From contig DAMX01000033.1 in the NCBI GenBank assembly GCA_002497195.1, positions 5,634-50,646 on the forward strand: a stretch of 45,013 nt of DNA. Direction: 5' to 3'. The notes under the pieces are model-generated. The model had not been told where the DNA came from. It made no database searches and saw only the letters and a program-made list of their open reading frames with translations. Positions within the stretch are counted from its first letter, which is position 1, and the number at the start of each line of letters is the position of its first letter. The stretch is from Methanomassiliicoccaceae archaeon UBA354 (lineage in GTDB: Archaea > Thermoplasmatota > Thermoplasmata > Methanomassiliicoccales > Methanomethylophilaceae). Below are positions 1 to 9,653 of the stretch, piece by piece. The position numbers and the translations under genes were made by a program.

Positions 1-157
1 CGGAGGAAACAAAGCAACCTCCCCCGGGCCCGGCGCACAATCTGCGATCCGTGCTCTCGCAAGGGCCGGAATAAAGATCGGACGCATCGAGGACGTTACA
101 CCAATACCCCACGACGGTACCAAGAAGAAGGGCGGACGCAGAGGACGCAGGGTCTGA
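1..157 (+). CDS. rps11: 30S ribosomal protein S11 (uS11), 3' end only (5' end is outside the window)
   Basis: Reading from nt 2 gives [51 protein letters not shown], with stop TGA at 155-157. This is the conserved uS11 C-terminus. The S11 -> RpoD gene order is typical of archaea. It is absent from the ORF track because it is open-ended. Confidence 0.85.
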   Translation, partial: GGNKATSPGPGAQSAIRALARAGIKIGRIEDVTPIPHDGTKKKGGRRGRRV

Positions 158-166
158 GGGACGGAC

Positions 167-1006
167 ATGGAAATTGAAATCATCGAAATGGCTGAGAGGA
201 AGGCCAAGTTCATACTGAAGAATTCCTCGCCTGCCATGGCAAACGCGCTGAGAAGGACCATGCTGTCCGACATACCCAAGATGGCTATAGACAAGGTCGA
301 GTTTCACCTCGGCCCCATCATGTCCGACGACAAAGAGTATGAGAGCGTTACGCCCCTGTTCGACGAGATCGTTGCCCACAGGCTCGGAATGGTCCCGGTC
401 CCCACGGACTTGGAGCTCTTCACACCGCAGGACATGTGCGTCTGCGGAGGAGAGGGATGCCCCAACTGCACCATCATGTACAGTCTGAACAAGATCGGAC
501 CCGGCACGGTGCTTTCGGGCAACCTGATGCCGCTCGGGAACCCGGACCTGAAGGTCAAGGACGAGTTCATCCCGATCGTCGAGCTGACGGACGGACAGGC
601 GGTCCTGATATATGCCACGGCAGTTATGGGAACCGCGAACAAGCACGTGAAATGGCAGGTCGCCAACGGTGTTGGTTACAAATATCTGCCCAAGATCACC
701 GTGAATCCCGCGAAGGCATCCTCCGAAGGTGCACTGAACTGCATGAAGGTCTGTCCCAAGAACGTGTTCGAGGTGACAGACGGCAAACTTGTGGTGGTAC
801 GTCCGAGGGACTGCACCATATGTAAATCGTGCATGGACTCTGTGGACAATGACGGTTCCATAATCGTCGAGGGCGATGACAGGAATTTCCTGTTCACGTT
901 CGAGACGGACGGTTCGCTCACGGCAGAGCAGACCCTCGGCAAGGCGGCAGAGATCCTTTCGAAGAAAGCCTCCGCCATGTCCGAAGAGATCGCACAGCTG
1001 GAATAA
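167..1006 (+). CDS. rpoD: DNA-directed RNA polymerase subunit D (Rpo3) with ferredoxin-like Cys cluster domain
   Basis: 279-aa ORF. The N-terminus FILKNSSPAMANALRRTMLSDIPKMAIDKVEF matches the RpoD/Rpb3 fold. Internal motifs CMKVCPKNVFEV and CTICKSCMD are present. It follows S11. Stop is TAA. Confidence 0.9.
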   Translation: MEIEIIEMAERKAKFILKNSSPAMANALRRTMLSDIPKMAIDKVEFHLGPIMSDDKEYESVTPLFDEIVAHRLGMVPVPTDLELFTPQDMCVCGGEGCPNCTIMYSLNKIGPGTVLSGNLMPLGNPDLKVKDEFIPIVELTDGQAVLIYATAVMGTANKHVKWQVANGVGYKYLPKITVNPAKASSEGALNCMKVCPKNVFEVTDGKLVVVRPRDCTICKSCMDSVDNDGSIIVEGDDRNFLFTFETDGSLTAEQTLGKAAEILSKKASAMSEEIAQLE

Positions 1007-1015
1007 ACATCTCAA

Positions 1016-1045
1016 GGGGCGCAAGCCCCCTTTACTATTTTTCAA
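1016..1045. terminator. Hairpin plus T-tract between convergent rpoD and polD
   Basis: ggggc(1016-1020) gcaa gcccc(1025-1029) forms a 5-bp GC stem with a GNRA loop. It is followed by tttactattttt, with a T5 run at 1038-1042. Archaeal termination uses oligo-T tracts. Confidence 0.4.
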
Positions 1046-1049
1046 CCTA

Positions 1050-4000
1050 TCAGAAGAAATCCGACAGTGTGCATTTTTTAACCTTATCGTTGTTGAACAC
1101 GGAGTTCATGCTCATCTCCAGGATGTCGATCCTCTCGCGGGTATAGTCGTCAAGGCCGTACTCCTCTCCTATCCTTTTCGATACCTCGAGATACTTCATC
1201 ACGCTGCCCTTGTAGACGGTCATCGTGAGGCCGTTCCCGCATTTATAGCACTTCCCAGTGATGGGTATGCGCCTATATTTCTCTCCGCACTTGACGCACC
1301 TGAACTTCTGGGCGGAAAAACTTCTCAGATTTCCGGCCATGTCCGGCAGGAAGTGCTTGTTGATCACCCTCGTGGCCACATCTCTTTCGTCGACGGCCCT
1401 TATCTTCTTGGCCAGCGAGAGCTGTGCGTCCATCTTGTCGGTCATCGATTGGAGCGTGATGTAGGCCGAGAATCTGGGCCCCTCAGATATGTTGTCGGTA
1501 TCGTTGGTGAATCCCACCCCTTCATACTGGGCGGCCGTGCCTATGCGCCCGGCGACCAGGTCCATGATTTTGTCGATGGTCTTCGGGTCCGCCATGTTCA
1601 TCGCTGCGTTGTAAAGCTCGAGGGGATACTCTCTGAGGCAGTCGACGTTGTGCGCCTCTTTGTCGATCTCGTTGGGGTCCAATCTCGTGGTAAGGACAAG
1701 AGGCGCATCCATAAGTCCCCCGCGCCTGTCGGGCAGGAAGCTGAACGAGAAGTTCAGCAAGGCGTCCATGGCGAGGATGATGCAGTCCTCGTCCCCGTCG
1801 CAGTTTCTTCTCTTGGCGGCATGGAAGAACGGGTGTCCGAAACATCCCCTGGCGGTCGAGTATCCGATGATGCGGCATAAGATCCCGCCGGAGGTATGGG
1901 GGGCCAGCCCGAACACGATGTGCCCTATCAGCTGCTCCCTGCCAGTGACGTTGTAGTAGCGGCGCAGCTTGTAGAGCCGTTCCAGTTCATCGTCCACGAA
2001 AGCGGCGATTTTCACCATGAAGTCGCCGCACTCCCTCGGCGGGACGATGTCCTGGACCTTAAGTTCGCATATCTGGTCCGGGTCAGTAAGGGGAACGCCG
2101 TTCCAGTCGTGGGTATATCCAAGCTCGATGGCCTTCTCGACCGTGAGCTCGATCTCTTTGGGTTTGAAGTGGGTGAGCGGGATGTCCGTCATATCGTAAC
2201 GAACGGTCCCGTCTTTGTATACGGTGACATCGTTCTTTGCTCTCAGGATCCCTTTTTCCAGTGCCTCTGGCACTTTCTTCTTGGAGGTGAGCCCCTTCAC
2301 GCATTTCAGCGACTTGGGCCGGTTCTCTCCGATTAGCGAACAGGCGGCCGCAAGCTCCTCGTCCAAATTCACGGGCATGGTATGCGCGCCGCCTATCTGG
2401 TTGAACGACTTGTGCTTGGGATCGTAGATGGCATGCGCCTCGCAATCCCTGCACCAGGACCTCCAGGTGACCTTTCCGCATTTCGTGCACCTTCTCGCGC
2501 CCACTTCCAGCTGTATATCTGTATTGGAAGACCTGGAGCCGCTGGCAGATTTCCTCGAAGACGCAATCGCCGATATCAGCTCCCGGTTTGCGTCCATGTC
2601 CATTCCCACCGGGAACAGGCTGTGCACGCTGGGGGTCATCTCCCTGGCGTCCGCCTTCTCGGGACGCCCCATCCTCATGCCCACTCTGGTGCCACCGCGG
2701 CCTCTGACCTCGAATCCGGCCGCGGAGCTTACGGCCTCGAGCGGAGCGTCTCCGGCGAATTCGCCTCTTTTCACGATCCTGCCCTCGCTTACTGAAAGAC
2801 CCAAGCAGTCGATCATCGGCTCCCCGTACCTGTCTGAAACGGCTATTCGTCCGTTGCGTAGCCTGTGAAGGGCGCCCAGGTTCTCCAGGATCTTCTTTAT
2901 ATCTTTGTCAAGGGGGACCGAGATGTTCCCGGTATCGAAGGAGCCGTTCTCCGCGATGTAATCCCTAAGTCCGTTCAGCGTCTGAACGTCGAAGTCCGAC
3001 CAGAAGAGGTTGTAGCGAGGGTGCAGGGGAACGCCTAGGTCCGAGCACATTTCCTTCGCCCGGGCATACGTGGGCTCCTTCCAGTCTTCGGGCAGCTCCC
3101 CCTTGGACCTGAGTTCCTGCCTGTGCCATTCGATGCAGTATCCAGGGGGGACCAATTTCTGATTGTTCTCGCAGAATTCGCCGAAAGGGACCAGGACTTC
3201 CCCGCTGTCCACTATGGTCACGATACGTTTCCTGATCTCCTGGACCTCTTCTCTGGTGGCGCAGTAGACCAGGTCTCCGTTGTCAAGCAGCACGATCGGA
3301 CCGTCCAGCTGGTCGCACGGAGTGACCACGCATGCCTTCCCCGGCCTCTCTATCTTAAGCTGGGTGCCTATGGCCATGAACTCTTCCATCGCGTACATGC
3401 TGGCCGGGCTGAAGGCAAGGGCGGCGAGCCCCGCCGTCCTAGCCCTGCCGTATCTCAGCCTGAATCCGCCGGCCCTGATGGGATGGCCGAATATCGGCCT
3501 TCCTGCCACGATGTCAAGCAGATAGGTGTCCTTCGGCTGAACGGTCTTGACCATATCCTCTTCGTCCGCAGCCTTTGCGGGGGCGTGGGCCTCCAGGTAC
3601 TTCCCGATAAAGTCCCAGCCGTCGATCTTGAGCGTATCTACGTGCTTCTTCAGTTTCGCGGCCTTTTGGCACAGGCCTTCCGCTATTACGAGGCATGCGC
3701 CTCCGCGCACGTTGTTAGTCTCGATCCGGGGAAGGTCCCGGAATCCGGATATCTCTATATCCTCGGTCCCTTCGCCGTCTATCATGATCGGACAGTTCCT
3801 CACTATGAGGTCTATCTCTTGTGATGTGGGGGAGTACTGAAGGTGCTGGGACTGTTTGTAAAGCGGGATCTCCTCATCGAAACGGGCTATCTCCTGGTCC
3901 GTGGGGATGTACCTCCCCAGGTTAAGCTCCCTCCTCACCACATCGGCTATCAGCACGCTCATCGCCTGAGCGGTTCCGCCGGCCGCCCTTATGGGCCCTG

Positions 4001-4439
4001 CGAACAGAACGTCCACGAACTCGGTCCCGTTTTCATTCCTTTTGATCTTCACGTCGGCGATCCCTTCCAGAGGGGCGACGAGTATCCCTTCGGTCAGAAC
4101 GGCCAATCCCACTCTGATGGCCCTTTCGAGCGATTTCTCGGTGCTTTCCGCCGGACGGTGGGCCATCTCCTTGGCCACCATAAGGGAAACCAGCTCCCTG
4201 TTCTTGTACTCGGAGGTGAGGCGCCTGATGTCCTCGGCGACGCCTTCGACGTCGAATTCGTGGAGAAGTTTCTCCACGCGGGACGCGAGGTCCTCCGCCT
4301 GGGGCACTTCCACATAAGGTTCGGGGTCGACCCCCAGTATCCTGGCCTGATTCGCTACCGCGTAGCAGATGTCCTTCTGCCTCGAAAGTTCGGAGAAGTA
4401 ATCGTACATCTCCTTGCTCGCGGCCGGACCCTCACTCAT
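1050..4439 (-). CDS. polC: DNA polymerase II (PolD) large subunit DP2
   Basis: 1129-aa ORF. N-terminus MYDYFSELSRQKDICYAVANQARILGVDPEPYVEVPQAEDLASRVE, zinc-binding CxxC pairs (CTKCGK..CRDC; CVKCGEKYRR..CYKCG) and a length typical of DP2 without an intein. Stop is TGA. Confidence 0.93.
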   Translation of the reverse strand: MSEGPAASKEMYDYFSELSRQKDICYAVANQARILGVDPEPYVEVPQAEDLASRVEKLLHEFDVEGVAEDIRRLTSEYKNRELVSLMVAKEMAHRPAESTEKSLERAIRVGLAVLTEGILVAPLEGIADVKIKRNENGTEFVDVLFAGPIRAAGGTAQAMSVLIADVVRRELNLGRYIPTDQEIARFDEEIPLYKQSQHLQYSPTSQEIDLIVRNCPIMIDGEGTEDIEISGFRDLPRIETNNVRGGACLVIAEGLCQKAAKLKKHVDTLKIDGWDFIGKYLEAHAPAKAADEEDMVKTVQPKDTYLLDIVAGRPIFGHPIRAGGFRLRYGRARTAGLAALAFSPASMYAMEEFMAIGTQLKIERPGKACVVTPCDQLDGPIVLLDNGDLVYCATREEVQEIRKRIVTIVDSGEVLVPFGEFCENNQKLVPPGYCIEWHRQELRSKGELPEDWKEPTYARAKEMCSDLGVPLHPRYNLFWSDFDVQTLNGLRDYIAENGSFDTGNISVPLDKDIKKILENLGALHRLRNGRIAVSDRYGEPMIDCLGLSVSEGRIVKRGEFAGDAPLEAVSSAAGFEVRGRGGTRVGMRMGRPEKADAREMTPSVHSLFPVGMDMDANRELISAIASSRKSASGSRSSNTDIQLEVGARRCTKCGKVTWRSWCRDCEAHAIYDPKHKSFNQIGGAHTMPVNLDEELAAACSLIGENRPKSLKCVKGLTSKKKVPEALEKGILRAKNDVTVYKDGTVRYDMTDIPLTHFKPKEIELTVEKAIELGYTHDWNGVPLTDPDQICELKVQDIVPPRECGDFMVKIAAFVDDELERLYKLRRYYNVTGREQLIGHIVFGLAPHTSGGILCRIIGYSTARGCFGHPFFHAAKRRNCDGDEDCIILAMDALLNFSFSFLPDRRGGLMDAPLVLTTRLDPNEIDKEAHNVDCLREYPLELYNAAMNMADPKTIDKIMDLVAGRIGTAAQYEGVGFTNDTDNISEGPRFSAYITLQSMTDKMDAQLSLAKKIRAVDERDVATRVINKHFLPDMAGNLRSFSAQKFRCVKCGEKYRRIPITGKCYKCGNGLTMTVYKGSVMKYLEVSKRIGEEYGLDDYTRERIDILEMSMNSVFNNDKVKKCTLSDFF

Positions 4440-5415
4440 CCTCTGCCACCACCAGAGCTCTCAGCTTGTCGATAATGAGGCTTCTGATCGTCTCCATGTT
4501 CTCTCCGGTCTGCGCGGAGAAGAAAAGGTTATCGCCGCCGGTCTTCATAATGTCGGATTTTCCTTCGGCCACGATTATCTCCACGCCGCTGAAGCCCTCC
4601 TGCACGGACTCAAGGAGCGCGGTCTGTTTTTCCATCGAATAACCGCAGGTCTCCGACGGGTCGAGGACGAATATCATGATGTTGGTGAGGTATCTCAGTG
4701 CGAGGACGGCCTGCTTCTCGATGTCGTTGCGCTCTTCGAAGCTTCTGTCGAGAAGGCCAGGAGTATCGATTATCTGATACTTCCTCCAGTCATCTTCGAT
4801 GTGCCCCACGATTATGCCCTTGGTTGTGAAAGGGTATGGCGCTATCTCGGGAGTGGCTGTGCTCATTGCAGTGACGAGACTGCTCTTGCCCACGTTGGGA
4901 AATCCCGCTATAACGACCGTCGGAACGTCCGCATGTATCGCGGGCAGGTGCCTGAATTTGTTCTTGGCCTCCTGGAGGAACAGCAGGTCCGAGGATATCT
5001 GGCGGATGTATGAAGACATCCTGCCGTAGAAGCTGTTCCTCGTAGAGTCGATGTACGAGACGTCCTTGCTGCGCCTTATCTCGCGAAGGCTTTCGTTCTT
5101 GAGCTTATCCGTCCGTCCGGCCGCCCAGTTGAGGGCCCCCAGGGCTTTTTTGTATCGGTCTATGCCGATTATCAGGTCCACAAGCTGAGGGAAGAAATCG
5201 TCCTCCTTGTCCATCCTGGGAAACCGTTCCACGTAACCATTGAGAGTGGTGACCACTATGTCGCCGGAGGCGGTGACCTTGGCCAAAGCGGTCTTTTTCT
5301 TCCCGTCGAGGGCGTTGGTGCCGCGCTTCGAGATCTTAGCGGCTCTGCTGTAGGCCTTGTCCATCAGCTCCTCGGAAGTAAGGACGGTCGGTATTTTGCG
5401 CTCCAGGGAAGCCAT
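4432..5415 (-). CDS. Nog1/NOG-family GTP-binding protein
   Basis: P-loop GFPNVGKSSLV, DTPG motif, and a Nog1-like N-terminus KIPTVLTSEELMDKAYSRA. The start is set at ATG 5415 (MASLERKIPTV...). The ORF also extends to ATG 5460, which would give an ATGA overlap with the upstream gene. The 3' end overlaps the polD start by 8 nt. Confidence 0.85.
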   Translation of the reverse strand: MASLERKIPTVLTSEELMDKAYSRAAKISKRGTNALDGKKKTALAKVTASGDIVVTTLNGYVERFPRMDKEDDFFPQLVDLIIGIDRYKKALGALNWAAGRTDKLKNESLREIRRSKDVSYIDSTRNSFYGRMSSYIRQISSDLLFLQEAKNKFRHLPAIHADVPTVVIAGFPNVGKSSLVTAMSTATPEIAPYPFTTKGIIVGHIEDDWRKYQIIDTPGLLDRSFEERNDIEKQAVLALRYLTNIMIFVLDPSETCGYSMEKQTALLESVQEGFSGVEIIVAEGKSDIMKTGGDNLFFSAQTGENMETIRSLIIDKLRALVVAEDE

Positions 5416-5456
5416 AAAATAGTGATGTGCATCGCGTATAATAAACAACCCCCGCG

Positions 5457-8400
5457 TCATGCCTCCCCTATGACGGCCCTTATAAGCCAGAGGTCGGACT
5501 TCAGTTCAGGGTCTGCATCCATCTTGCGGGGCAGGAGGGCAGAGGGGCAGTCCTCTATCAGGACTCCGGCGTTGACCGACCACCTGCCTGCATCCTTTCC
5601 GAAGGCGGCGCATAGACCGGAGATGTTGCTGGAGATATAGACTCCGAGTTTGACGTCTGGCACAAGGCTGTCTCCGTCGAGGAACTTCGGAGCCTTCATC
5701 CCTGTATACGCCGTAACGGCCAGGTCTATGTTTTCATAGAGCATGGTCCCTGCGTCGATGCCGTAGGGGTTCTCCATGTTGAAAAGCAGGGCCTCGATCT
5801 CTCCCACGAGATATTTGATGGCATCTCCTACGGTCTTCGAATCGATCGACAGGGCTATTCTGATACCCGTGGCAGTCGTTCCCGCTACATCGGAAACTTC
5901 GAAAGAGATGAAGATCGAAGCTTCCACGAGACACCCGGCTATCCTGTCGATGGTAGCGTCTATGGCGTCCTGAACGGCCCTCTGGATGAACAGGCTCAGA
6001 TCCTCGGTGCCCTTCAGGACGCCGTCCATGTCCTCGAGCGTCCTCACAGCGGATTCCTTGAAGATATCCAGCATATGTCCTTTGATCATGTCGCCTTTGA
6101 CCAGTCCTCCGCAGTTTCCCGCGAGAGGGGTGCCCTTTGCGAACGTCCAGTCCACGGCCCCGTCAGCGACCCTCTGCCAGGTGTAGCTGCTGTTATGGGT
6201 GTCTTTTTCTACAGGTGTCCTGTCTATTTCCATGCCCTCACGGTTTTTCAGAACAACGCAGTCTCCCGACAGAGATTCGTTTTTATCGTTCAGCAGCCTG
6301 ACGTGTTTCTCCAGCACCACGAGCAGTCTCTCATGGGGCACCATCTCGTAGTCTCCCAGCACCATCACCTTGGTCTTCTCGTTCGACCCCGCGCATATCA
6401 TGAATCCGGATATGTCGGCAGTGCGGTTCGACGAGTTGTAAAGTTCCACCCACTCCTCTCCGGAATCTTCTCCGGCGGGATTCGATTCGAATTCGTTCAC
6501 GACAACGCCGGCTTCGAAAGGAATGTTGTATTTAAGCTCCAGCCCGGCATCAAGGCTCCCCTTCAGCCCGAGGGCGGGCAAGGGGATGTTAGAAAGGGCC
6601 GTACCTATCCCCTCTATGTCTGAAAGGCGGACTCCCGCTTCCCTGTACTGCACCAGATCGGGCATGACTACGTCGAAGGAAGTTCCGCGGACCTTCCCGC
6701 TTACGGTCACCAGATGGTCGGAGGACTTCATCAACGGATCCAGATCGAGATCCAGGTCCCAGTCCTCCCCTGAAACCTCGGCGCCTCCCGTTATGAAATA
6801 TTCTCCTCCTCCGGCCGAGTCCTTTTCCTTAACGGTCATACCGCAATCGATTTCGAGCCCGCCGATCTCCCCAGACAGCCTGACGGTCAGAAGGTTCCTC
6901 ACGCTCTTGACGAAAGAGACCACGTCGGTGGAGAACGTCAGAGTGAGGCCCATGAACGACATTCCTACGGTCTGTTTCTTCATCGTGGCGCTGAATATGA
7001 ACTCGGTCATATTCGCAAAACCTCCGATAGACCTGTTCAAAAGACCTTCCAGATGCTGGTCTATGAATTCTCGGAGCTCCGTTATCGGACCCATTACCGA
7101 CTCGTAAAGCCTCTCTATGACCCTGGCGACATACTTCGAAACCTCCAGCAGCGCCGAGTTGATAACGGCGATGACCTCCCTCACCATGGAGAATATCTCG
7201 ACCAGAGGTCCCAAAAGGGGCTCCAGCGCCTTGGTCAGAAGCGTCCAGCCGTCGCTGAAAAGAGTGTTGCTAGCCCTATAAGAGGAGATGCCCGAAAGCC
7301 CCCATCCGCTGAAAACCGCTATCTTCAAGTCGATGTCGACGGGCACTTCCCCGGAGAACGAAGAGTCTTTGACGCCCATCAACGAAGATACGGGACCAGA
7401 TCCTTCCGCGGTATAACGTATCGTATCATGAACGCTCGCCCTGAAAACCGTGCAGTACGATGCACCCCTGTTCTCGTTGAACCCCACATAATGTACGCAT
7501 TCGGAAAGGTTCTCGTTAGGGCCGTACATCCTTATGTCGGGAGACTGGACATAATCGGCTGAGATCGTCTCTCTTGACCTCCCGTCCTCGCCTTCAAGAA
7601 CAAAACAATCCTCTGCTGGCACATTTATAACTCCGCAGTATGGGTTCATGTACATGTTCCGGCACATCTCATCGCAGAGGTTGATCATCCTTTCGGGGAT
7701 GTCGTTGACGGCCGCAAGCATGGGCATGGCCTTTTCGCATATCATTGTCAGGAACTTTTTCATCAGCCCGCATTGACCGTCGGGGACCGTCATCAAAGCG
7801 TCGAACTTCTTCAGCATCTCCCGTGCCGCCGCCTCGTAATCGGTCACCGTCTTCCCTTCCACGGATGCAGACCAAAGCGAGTCCATAAGGTATGCCTTCT
7901 CCTCGTCTGTCAATAGATCTGTGTCAAGTGACCTCCCTACGCTTTCGAAATCTATGGCGTCCGCGATCCTATTTTTCAGAACGTCCACGCCGAATGCGCT
8001 TTCAAAGTTGTTCGTAAGCTGGCCGCAGATCGCAGCATAGAACGGATCGTATATCGTCTGACTCCTTATCGAGCTGTTCACGACCCTTTCAACATCCGAG
8101 TCAAGTTTGGAAAGGGAGCCGTTGACGGCCCTCCTTATGCCCTCAGAGAACGGCTCCTGGTCCCCTCTGTCCACCGATACGGCGATCTGTCCCACGGAGC
8201 GGTCCGCACCGATGTTGATGGCGGCAGTGTTCAGGACGCCTCTTATCCACTCTCTGACCTCGTTGTTCTGGAGCCTGTATTCGCTCTTGAAATTGCTGAG
8301 TCCCCCCCACTTCAGGATGTCCACGTCCGGGTATTTCACAAGTGCATTGTAACCTCCGACGCTGAACGTCCTCTGTTCTCCGTCGATCTCCTTGGTAACC

Positions 8401-9512
8401 GTGAACTCGGGAATATAACAGTCTGCCGCCCTTCCGTTCCAGAGATATCTGTATTCGTTCTCGGTGTGTCCTTTGGACTCCATTATCTCCCGTATGTAAG
8501 GCGAAGCGGACATCGTGTCCTTGCCGGTGAAGAAATTAACTACGGAGTCCCAGGCGTTCCTGATACGGTCAGATGCCCCGTCCAAAAAATCCACCACCAG
8601 GTTTCCGCAGAAATAATCTGCCCACTGAAGAACTATATCGTCAAGCACCGAAATCAGCGCCTGGGCGTAGATGGCCCCCAGGTCGATCCTTATCATTCCG
8701 TCCTCCGCAGCCAGGCAATCGGCCAGGTCCAGATTCCCGGTCAGGCGGTTCTTTTCATCAAGTGGGGTCCTGAAGTTGATCGTTCCAATCGCGGAAACAC
8801 AGCTTATGTACGATGCTTCCACATCTTCGGAGGTGATTATCCGGTCGGTCCCCATACTTCCAAAAGTCGCGGCCGAACCATATCCGGAGATCACCCTTTG
8901 CTGTGCCAGTGCCGTCAATTGATATGTCATCATCTGCGAAAGCACGGAACCCTCTCCTCCTAGGCAGATCTCGAAAAGGGAGCCCTGTTCGGCCACCAGA
9001 GGCAACGCGCAGCTCCCGTCAGAAGATATTGGGACGGTCCTTTCCGCGGACCCGGAATCGCTTTCGAACCTTGCGGTGAAATGGCCGGTCGCCTTCAGAT
9101 AGGTGGGCTTATAGCCGTCGCCTTCCAAGTTCATGTTCTCGGAGGTCATCCTAACTGAGAAATCCAATACGGCGACACTGACGCATCCGTCTTTGGAAGG
9201 GAACTGCGAATTCATCCATTTTTCTGCTGAAACCACGAATTTATCGGCCCTTGAAGACAATGTGCCAGCACTTGCATCGTTCCCTATCGAGGCGATAATC
9301 TCGCCCATTCCTCTGTTGACGAATATTTCGGTATCGCGTACCGATATTCCTATCGAATTTATCTCCTCGTCGACGTCCTCTGCGTTATCTCCGGCCTTTT
9401 CGGCCTGTGCGGCCGCAACGGTATATGCCAGGCTTATCGCCAGGATGGTAACCGCGATGATTGCGAACGGCATGTTCCCCCGTCTGTCCCCCGCGTATGC
9501 GCCCCCTCTCAT
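5457..9512 (-). CDS. Very large membrane-anchored protein of unknown function with a lamin-tail-like (LTD) domain
   Basis: Continuous ORF of up to 1364 aa: TTG start at 9551, ATG at 9512 (chosen here, giving 1351 aa) or ATG at 9473. The N-terminus has a positively charged region then a hydrophobic helix (RRGNMPFAIIAVTILAISLAYTVAAA). The LTD-like segment VVNEFESNPAGEDSGEEWVELYNSS...GDCVVLKNREGMEIDR...SYTWQR is encoded at about 6114-6506. The rest has no motif I recognise. Confidence 0.8.
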   Translation of the reverse strand: MRGGAYAGDRRGNMPFAIIAVTILAISLAYTVAAAQAEKAGDNAEDVDEEINSIGISVRDTEIFVNRGMGEIIASIGNDASAGTLSSRADKFVVSAEKWMNSQFPSKDGCVSVAVLDFSVRMTSENMNLEGDGYKPTYLKATGHFTARFESDSGSAERTVPISSDGSCALPLVAEQGSLFEICLGGEGSVLSQMMTYQLTALAQQRVISGYGSAATFGSMGTDRIITSEDVEASYISCVSAIGTINFRTPLDEKNRLTGNLDLADCLAAEDGMIRIDLGAIYAQALISVLDDIVLQWADYFCGNLVVDFLDGASDRIRNAWDSVVNFFTGKDTMSASPYIREIMESKGHTENEYRYLWNGRAADCYIPEFTVTKEIDGEQRTFSVGGYNALVKYPDVDILKWGGLSNFKSEYRLQNNEVREWIRGVLNTAAINIGADRSVGQIAVSVDRGDQEPFSEGIRRAVNGSLSKLDSDVERVVNSSIRSQTIYDPFYAAICGQLTNNFESAFGVDVLKNRIADAIDFESVGRSLDTDLLTDEEKAYLMDSLWSASVEGKTVTDYEAAAREMLKKFDALMTVPDGQCGLMKKFLTMICEKAMPMLAAVNDIPERMINLCDEMCRNMYMNPYCGVINVPAEDCFVLEGEDGRSRETISADYVQSPDIRMYGPNENLSECVHYVGFNENRGASYCTVFRASVHDTIRYTAEGSGPVSSLMGVKDSSFSGEVPVDIDLKIAVFSGWGLSGISSYRASNTLFSDGWTLLTKALEPLLGPLVEIFSMVREVIAVINSALLEVSKYVARVIERLYESVMGPITELREFIDQHLEGLLNRSIGGFANMTEFIFSATMKKQTVGMSFMGLTLTFSTDVVSFVKSVRNLLTVRLSGEIGGLEIDCGMTVKEKDSAGGGEYFITGGAEVSGEDWDLDLDLDPLMKSSDHLVTVSGKVRGTSFDVVMPDLVQYREAGVRLSDIEGIGTALSNIPLPALGLKGSLDAGLELKYNIPFEAGVVVNEFESNPAGEDSGEEWVELYNSSNRTADISGFMICAGSNEKTKVMVLGDYEMVPHERLLVVLEKHVRLLNDKNESLSGDCVVLKNREGMEIDRTPVEKDTHNSSYTWQRVADGAVDWTFAKGTPLAGNCGGLVKGDMIKGHMLDIFKESAVRTLEDMDGVLKGTEDLSLFIQRAVQDAIDATIDRIAGCLVEASIFISFEVSDVAGTTATGIRIALSIDSKTVGDAIKYLVGEIEALLFNMENPYGIDAGTMLYENIDLAVTAYTGMKAPKFLDGDSLVPDVKLGVYISSNISGLCAAFGKDAGRWSVNAGVLIEDCPSALLPRKMDADPELKSDLWLIRAVIGEA

Positions 9513-9653
9513 GACAGTGCGATCCGCCGCAGGCAGACTTAATGGCCACAACAGCAGTTAGCATACGCAGAGCATCCGAAACGGAATGAAACCGACACGG
9601 AGTATTATTAATAGAAAGAATATTACGTGTGCATTAATTCGAAGAGGATAACC

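Noticed and set aside
876-1880. 334-aa plus-strand ORF overlapping the rpoD end and polD
   Set aside because: It crosses the rpoD/polD terminator hairpin and runs antisense to polD. No motifs are present, so it is a shadow ORF.
1050-4439. Possible intein in PolD DP2 (also considered for RtcB)
   Set aside because: The lengths (1129 aa and 483 aa) are those of intein-free proteins, and the conserved blocks are contiguous. No insertion is visible.
9473-9551. Class III (type IV pilin/archaellin-like) signal peptide at the N-terminus of the giant protein
   Set aside because: The sequence RRGNMPFAIIAV superficially resembles a [KR]G-cleavage site. However, the residues after the Gly and the lack of the usual +1 to +5 pattern do not fit well. 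I treat it simply as a signal anchor.
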